Below are positions 39,877 through 45,060 of a DNA stretch of 45,060 nt, piece by piece; position 1 is the first letter of the stretch; each line of letters begins with the position of its first letter. The DNA comes from Promethearchaeota archaeon. GTDB taxonomy: Archaea > Asgardarchaeota > Lokiarchaeia > Sigyniarchaeales > SOKP01. The stretch covers positions 2,891 to 47,950 of the forward strand of contig JBHLNS010000025.1 of NCBI GenBank assembly GCA_048941285.1. Direction: 5' to 3'. The notes under the pieces were generated by a model. The model did not search any database. It was not told where the DNA came from and saw only the letters and a program-made list of their open reading frames with translations. The position numbers and the translations under genes are program-made.

Positions 39877-40764
39877 TTATGTTGTTAATTTCTCAATTAA
39901 CTTATTTGGCTTTACACTTCTATTTTTCAAGCTTAGATCTTCTAACTCTACTCCAAGTGCTATCGCCATCATTTCAGCTAGATAAAGTACGGGGATATCC
40001 AATTCTTTACCAGTCTTTCTAGCGATTATCTTCTCTTTTCGGTCATATTGTGTTGTACAGGCAGGACAAACAGCAACTAGCCCATCAATGTCTTCTTCAA
40101 GCTCACAAAGTTCAGTCATTTTATCTTCAACTAACTTTTCGCCAATTTCTTCCTGTAACCTAGCACAATATCCACAACATTCCAATTTATTAGCAAATTC
40201 CACTGTTTTTGCTCCGAGAGCTTGAAGAATAATATCAATTTTCTCAGGTTTTTCCGGATGATCAAATTGCATAATTTTACTTGGTCTAATTAAATGACAT
40301 CCATAATGAACGGCAAGATTTAAATCATCTAATGGTTTAACAACTAAACTTTTTATTTTATCTAACCATTCTGGTTGGCTAAACAACTCAACAAAATGAT
40401 AAACTTTTGTTTTTCCAGTATAATTATAATTGATTTTATTTAGAATAACGTTTATTTTTTTAAGATATTCCTCATCTTCTTCTAGCAATACACTAACAGT
40501 TTTTAAAGTCTCATAACAACCAGAACATATAGTTAAGATATCTACACCCATTTTTTCGGCAATAGCTAAGTTTCTTGCTCCTAATGTCATCCATGTATCG
40601 ATATTTAATGATTGTAAAGATACAGGTTCAGGGCAACAACTGACACCCTCCATTTCCCGAAGACTTAAGTTTAAAATGCTGGCTACATCTCTAAACGCTT
40701 TCTCTAAATGAGGAAGTTTTAATGGGATTGTGCATCCAATGAAAAAACCCAATTCTTTTTTCAT
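39877..40764 (-). CDS. hdrB: heterodisulfide reductase subunit B
   Basis: Two CCG domains: GC, CCPEP, CSGC / YGCH, CCG, CPAC. Confidence 0.93.
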   Translation of the reverse strand: MKKELGFFIGCTIPLKLPHLEKAFRDVASILNLSLREMEGVSCCPEPVSLQSLNIDTWMTLGARNLAIAEKMGVDILTICSGCYETLKTVSVLLEEDEEYLKKINVILNKINYNYTGKTKVYHFVELFSQPEWLDKIKSLVVKPLDDLNLAVHYGCHLIRPSKIMQFDHPEKPEKIDIILQALGAKTVEFANKLECCGYCARLQEEIGEKLVEDKMTELCELEEDIDGLVAVCPACTTQYDRKEKIIARKTGKELDIPVLYLAEMMAIALGVELEDLSLKNRSVKPNKLIEKLTT

Positions 40765-40766
40765 AA

Positions 40767-41297
40767 TTAGTCATCCACCTCCTGTTTTGCGAGACTTCCT
40801 AATCCCGTTTCTTCAATTATAAATCTAATTTCTTTTAGATCCGGAGGGATTAAATTAGGTAGTCCCATTCTTTCTCTTCGTCTGTCTATATTGTCCTTCA
40901 ATCCACCAGTATAAGGCACAACATATCCGTTATTGTAGATAGTGACTACTGTACCCGAATATTCTTTGGGAATTTTGCCTTCCTTGACAGCCATATTTCT
41001 TAATAGTGCCAGAATAAATGAATAATCTACATTCTTTGGGCATCTTTCAGTACATCTATGACATAAAGAACATGTCCAAATTGCCTTACTCGATAATACC
41101 TCTTTCTTCAGCCCTAAAAGACAAGAAGCTACTACTCTATGTGGTTGCATATCTACATATTCTGTAACGGTACACCCACTACTACACACTCCACATTGAA
41201 TACATTTTAACAGTGATTTTGCTCCAACTTTTTCGCTAATTTCATATCTAAATAAATGATCTAGTTCACTATCTTTCTTTTTTAACATTTCTGTCAT
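40767..41297 (-). CDS. hdrC: heterodisulfide reductase subunit C
   Basis: CIQCGVCSSGC and WTCSLCHRCTERCP [4Fe-4S] motifs; RERMGLP tail. Confidence 0.93.
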   Translation of the reverse strand: MTEMLKKKDSELDHLFRYEISEKVGAKSLLKCIQCGVCSSGCTVTEYVDMQPHRVVASCLLGLKKEVLSSKAIWTCSLCHRCTERCPKNVDYSFILALLRNMAVKEGKIPKEYSGTVVTIYNNGYVVPYTGGLKDNIDRRRERMGLPNLIPPDLKEIRFIIEETGLGSLAKQEVDD

Positions 41298-41300
41298 TTC

Positions 41301-44300
41301 TTAGACACCCTCCTTTGCTTTTTCTTTTTTAGTTTCTATCTTATCACCAGTTTCCGCCAATGGACCTAATTCTTTAACTTTATTTACGAAATCCGTAACA
41401 ACATCAGAGAAACGTTTTCCTTCACTAGCTGAAACCCATTCAAGTCGATATCGATCAGGGTTAATACCTACTCTTTCAAGAATTTCATGGACTTCATTAT
41501 ATCTCCGTAGCATATCATAATTCCCCTCTAAATAGTGGCAGTCACCAATATGACACCCTCCAACAAAAACCCCATCAGCACCTTCTAAAAATGCCTGTAA
41601 AATGAAATGTTTAGGAATTCTTCCAGTACACATAACTCTGATAGGCCTAATATTTGTAGGATATTGAAATCGGCTTACTCCACATGTATCTGCTCCAGCA
41701 TAACTACACCAATTACATAAAAATGCCACAATTCGAGGTCTTTCATCAATAAATTCTCCTTTTACTGCTTCCCGGATCATAGGATAAATTTGTTCATCTG
41801 CGAAGTGCCTCATAGTAATAGCACCAGCAGGGCATGCAGCAGCGCAGTCACCACATCCTTTACAAAGGAGAGGGTTAGATTCAGAAACTAGTATTTCGTT
41901 ATCAAAGTTAACACCAATAGCCCCGAAATTACATACTTCCTCACATTTTTGACAAGCGATACATAAAGCAGGATTTACTAATGAAACTAAAGGTTCATTC
42001 TCAACCTCACCAGAAATGAGAGGTATCAATGCATGAGCAGCAGCACCTCTTCCTTGTGAGATCGAATCAGCAATACCTTTTGGGCCATGACAGGTTCCTG
42101 CCAAATAAATTCCATCAGTTGCGAAATCAACAGGTCGTAATTTTACATGTGCTTCTAAGAAAAAACCATTTTGGTCTCTTGCACATTTTATCATTTCACC
42201 TAATTTTTGAGTATCATTTGGAATTAAGGGAGTAGACAATATTACTTTATCAGCTTCAATGCTTAGGTTTGTTTGGGTAAGGATATCTTTTACATTAACA
42301 ACTAATTTTCCATTATTAGTATCAACAGTTGGATATTCATTAAATCGTATATAATTAACATTTTCTCGAGCTTTCCAGTAATATTGTTCCTCATCTGTTC
42401 CTACTCGAATATCACGATATAAAACGTAAAGATTCGAATGAGGGTAGTTTTCTTTTACATATAATGCATGTCTAATTGATTCAGAACAGCATATCAAGGA
42501 ACAATATGTCACTCCATTGCGCCCTTCAGGTTGGCGAGACCCTACACAATGGATGAAAACTAAAGTTTCTCCATCTTTTAAGTCGTTATTCTTTAGTTTT
42601 TCAGATAACTCTAGCTGGGTCATAACATTATCGTTTTCACCATAATGATACCAACCTTTAGGTTGATATTCATAAGCACCTGTGGCTGTCACAATCACAC
42701 CAACATTCAAATCTAATTCCTTCTCTTCTACTTTATCCTTTACTTTTACCTTGAAATCGCCAATAGACCCTTTAACATCTAGAACTTCGGAATTTAAATA
42801 AGTAATAATATTTTTCATCTTATTATATTTGGTTAATTTATCCTCTAAGAACTGTTTCGAATCGATTCGTTCAAAGTTAATTTTATAAATTAAGTTTAAT
42901 TGTCCTCCCAATCTGTTGCCTTTCTCTACGAGGTGTACCTTAAACCCTTTATTAGCAATTTCTATTGCCGCACTAATCCCAGAAATTCCTCCACCAACAA
43001 TCAATGCTTCTGGGATCACATTACCTTTAATTTTATATTCAGGTTTTTGATATGTAACTCGTGCAACTCCCATTCTTAGAAGATCTTTTGCCTTATCAGT
43101 GGCTCTTGGATTATCATGCATATGTACCCATGAATCTAATTCACGGATACTAACAAAATTAAATAAATATTCGTTCAAACCAGCTTCCCTAATTGTCTTT
43201 TGAAATAAAAGCTCATGCGTTCGTGGTGTGCATGCTGCTACAACAACTCTATTTAAATCAAGCTCGTCGATCTTTTCCTTAATAGTATCCTGCGTTAGTT
43301 GAGAGCAACTATATTTGTTTTCCATAGCAAAAATTACGTTAGGTAAAGTTTTAGCATAATTTACAAGATTAGGTACATCAATATATCCCCCAATATTTAC
43401 ACCACATCTACAAATGAATACACCTATTTTTACTTCATCACTAGGTTTAACTTCTCTTAAAATAGGTAATTCTACCCTTGTCTCCTCATCACCTAACGGA
43501 CTGGCGTAAGTAGCAGCTAATGAAGCAGCTCCTCCCGCTTTTGCTACTGAATTAGCAATATCATCTGGAGATTGACATGAGCCAGTAACATATATACCTT
43601 CTTTAGTTGAGATCAAATCTTCTGTGGAATTACCAGTTTTGAAAAATCCCAAATCATTTAGTTCAATTCCTAAGACCTTTGCTAAGTTTTCAGCATCAGT
43701 TCTGGGTTTTACGGCGTTTGCCAAGACAACTAAATCATATTCTTTAGTCTCAACGTTACCAGTATCTAAATTCGCTGATTTTATAAATAAATTGCGGTTT
43801 TCTGGATTTTCTCTTACATCTCCTGGAACACCATGATGATAATGCAGATTGTATTCGTTCTTAGCCCTTTCAATGAATTCTTCTTGATTTTTCCCAATAA
43901 CACGTATGTCGTTAAAATAAATAGTTACATCTGTATCTGGAGCATGTTCTCTTGTTACAACTCCTTCTTTGGCCATATACATGCAACAAAATTTAGAGCA
44001 ATAAGCACAAAGATCTTCATTTCTTGAACCTACACATGCTACGAATGCAATATTATGAGCATGCTTCTTATCTGAAGGACGAAGTAATTCACCTCCTGTA
44101 GGACCGGAAGCACTTAGTAATCTTTCATATTGCATGGCAGTAATTACGTTTGGGTATTCTCCATAATGATATCTATCTAAAACTGAAGGATTAAGTAGAT
44201 CATAACCTGTTGCAACTATAATTGAAGCTACATTATAATTAATTATTACATCCTTATCCTTCCAATTTATCGCTCCAGCTTCACATTCTTTTTCACACAG

Positions 44301-44786
44301 TTGACATGCTTCTTTTGTAAGATAAAGGCATTTTTGAGCATCTATAACCGCTTTACGAGGAACTGCTTGTGGAAAAGGAATATAAATTGCAGTTCTATTC
44401 CCCATACCTTCTTCAAATTCAGAAGGTATTTTTTTCATGGGACATTTTTCGCTACATGCCCCACAACCGGTACATACATCCCAATTTACATACTTAGCCT
44501 TTTTTTTAACTTTAATATTAAAATCTCCTGCTTTACCTGAAACTTCTTGAACTTCAGAATACGCTAACAATTCTATATTAGGATGTCTACTAGTTTCAAC
44601 CATCTTTGGAGCTAGAATACAAATAGAGCAATCCAAAGTAGGAAATGTCTTATCTAATTGTGCCATACGACCTCCTACTGAAGATGTTTTTTCAACTAAA
44701 ATCACTTTATATCCTTGTTCACCTAAAGTTAATGCTGCCTCAATTCCCGAAATTCCGCCTCCAATTACCATTATAGTACTATTCAT
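41301..44786 (-). CDS. hdrA: tandem HdrA (two FAD modules) fused to MvhD/FlpD
   Basis: Two GGGISG FAD motifs and two CVGSR...YCS..CC cluster motifs; CRCG/AACTPRTHE N-domain before module 2; ferredoxin motifs; C-terminal FLCNWCSYAGAD, RVMCTGR and GCHIGDCHY (MvhD). Confidence 0.95.
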   Translation of the reverse strand: MNSTIMVIGGGISGIEAALTLGEQGYKVILVEKTSSVGGRMAQLDKTFPTLDCSICILAPKMVETSRHPNIELLAYSEVQEVSGKAGDFNIKVKKKAKYVNWDVCTGCGACSEKCPMKKIPSEFEEGMGNRTAIYIPFPQAVPRKAVIDAQKCLYLTKEACQLCEKECEAGAINWKDKDVIINYNVASIIVATGYDLLNPSVLDRYHYGEYPNVITAMQYERLLSASGPTGGELLRPSDKKHAHNIAFVACVGSRNEDLCAYCSKFCCMYMAKEGVVTREHAPDTDVTIYFNDIRVIGKNQEEFIERAKNEYNLHYHHGVPGDVRENPENRNLFIKSANLDTGNVETKEYDLVVLANAVKPRTDAENLAKVLGIELNDLGFFKTGNSTEDLISTKEGIYVTGSCQSPDDIANSVAKAGGAASLAATYASPLGDEETRVELPILREVKPSDEVKIGVFICRCGVNIGGYIDVPNLVNYAKTLPNVIFAMENKYSCSQLTQDTIKEKIDELDLNRVVVAACTPRTHELLFQKTIREAGLNEYLFNFVSIRELDSWVHMHDNPRATDKAKDLLRMGVARVTYQKPEYKIKGNVIPEALIVGGGISGISAAIEIANKGFKVHLVEKGNRLGGQLNLIYKINFERIDSKQFLEDKLTKYNKMKNIITYLNSEVLDVKGSIGDFKVKVKDKVEEKELDLNVGVIVTATGAYEYQPKGWYHYGENDNVMTQLELSEKLKNNDLKDGETLVFIHCVGSRQPEGRNGVTYCSLICCSESIRHALYVKENYPHSNLYVLYRDIRVGTDEEQYYWKARENVNYIRFNEYPTVDTNNGKLVVNVKDILTQTNLSIEADKVILSTPLIPNDTQKLGEMIKCARDQNGFFLEAHVKLRPVDFATDGIYLAGTCHGPKGIADSISQGRGAAAHALIPLISGEVENEPLVSLVNPALCIACQKCEEVCNFGAIGVNFDNEILVSESNPLLCKGCGDCAAACPAGAITMRHFADEQIYPMIREAVKGEFIDERPRIVAFLCNWCSYAGADTCGVSRFQYPTNIRPIRVMCTGRIPKHFILQAFLEGADGVFVGGCHIGDCHYLEGNYDMLRRYNEVHEILERVGINPDRYRLEWVSASEGKRFSDVVTDFVNKVKELGPLAETGDKIETKKEKAKEGV

Positions 44787-45060
44787 AACTTATCCATTTC
44801 TTTCAATTTTTTATTTAGATTTTAATAATCTCTTAATTTGATAGAAATATTTAATCAAATTTGAAAATTGTTTTTTATTTAAATAAGATAGAATTTTATA
44901 ATGATTATTATTGACAAAATTATTTATAAATGTTTGTCTCTTTGACTAATTCTTATAATTTTAAATTGAAATTTCTCAGAAAAAGTTACTTAATAACAAT
45001 TTTTTCACAAGAAACTAATGTTTTTGATAATTTTCTATTAGATAATCTGCTTCCTAAATA

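Noticed and set aside
3685-44540. Numerous short ORFs antisense to or overlapping long genes (e.g. 8517-8807, 15116-15460, 17738-18067, 33103-33543, 36849-37163)
   Set aside because: They are shadow frames of well-supported genes, with no motifs or SD sites.

Overview
AT-rich archaeal chromosomal segment. The gene content points to an Asgard archaeon of the Lokiarchaeia/Promethearchaeota group: a uDENN/longin-GTPase fusion, an MglA-like GTPase, CDC48, archaemetzincin, a BHB-intron tRNA and an archaeal-type histidine kinase. It carries dapA/dapB, an ADP-ribosylglycohydrolase, tRNA-Pro(TGG) with a non-canonical 28-nt intron at position 25/26, and a FwdF-like polyferredoxin that must start at a non-canonical (ATT/ATA) codon. 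It also has a Hsp20-CDC48-Phr/HSR1-like heat-shock cluster, an orphan N6-adenine methyltransferase and several redox and accessory genes. There are two divergent metVF pairs, one of them directly downstream of hdrA(x2)-mvhD fusion, hdrC and hdrB, which resembles the acetogen MetFV-HdrABC-MvhD complex. Two pseudogenes missing from the ORF track were found (a CheY-like receiver and a GH2 fragment). The unexplained non-coding structure includes an array of degenerate ~17-bp repeats between two divergent small unknown genes (25020-25609) and a 61-bp direct repeat with an 11-6-11 palindromic core flanking a B12 radical SAM gene. No CRISPR array, rRNA or transposase was seen. All family calls come from motif recognition, not from database searches.
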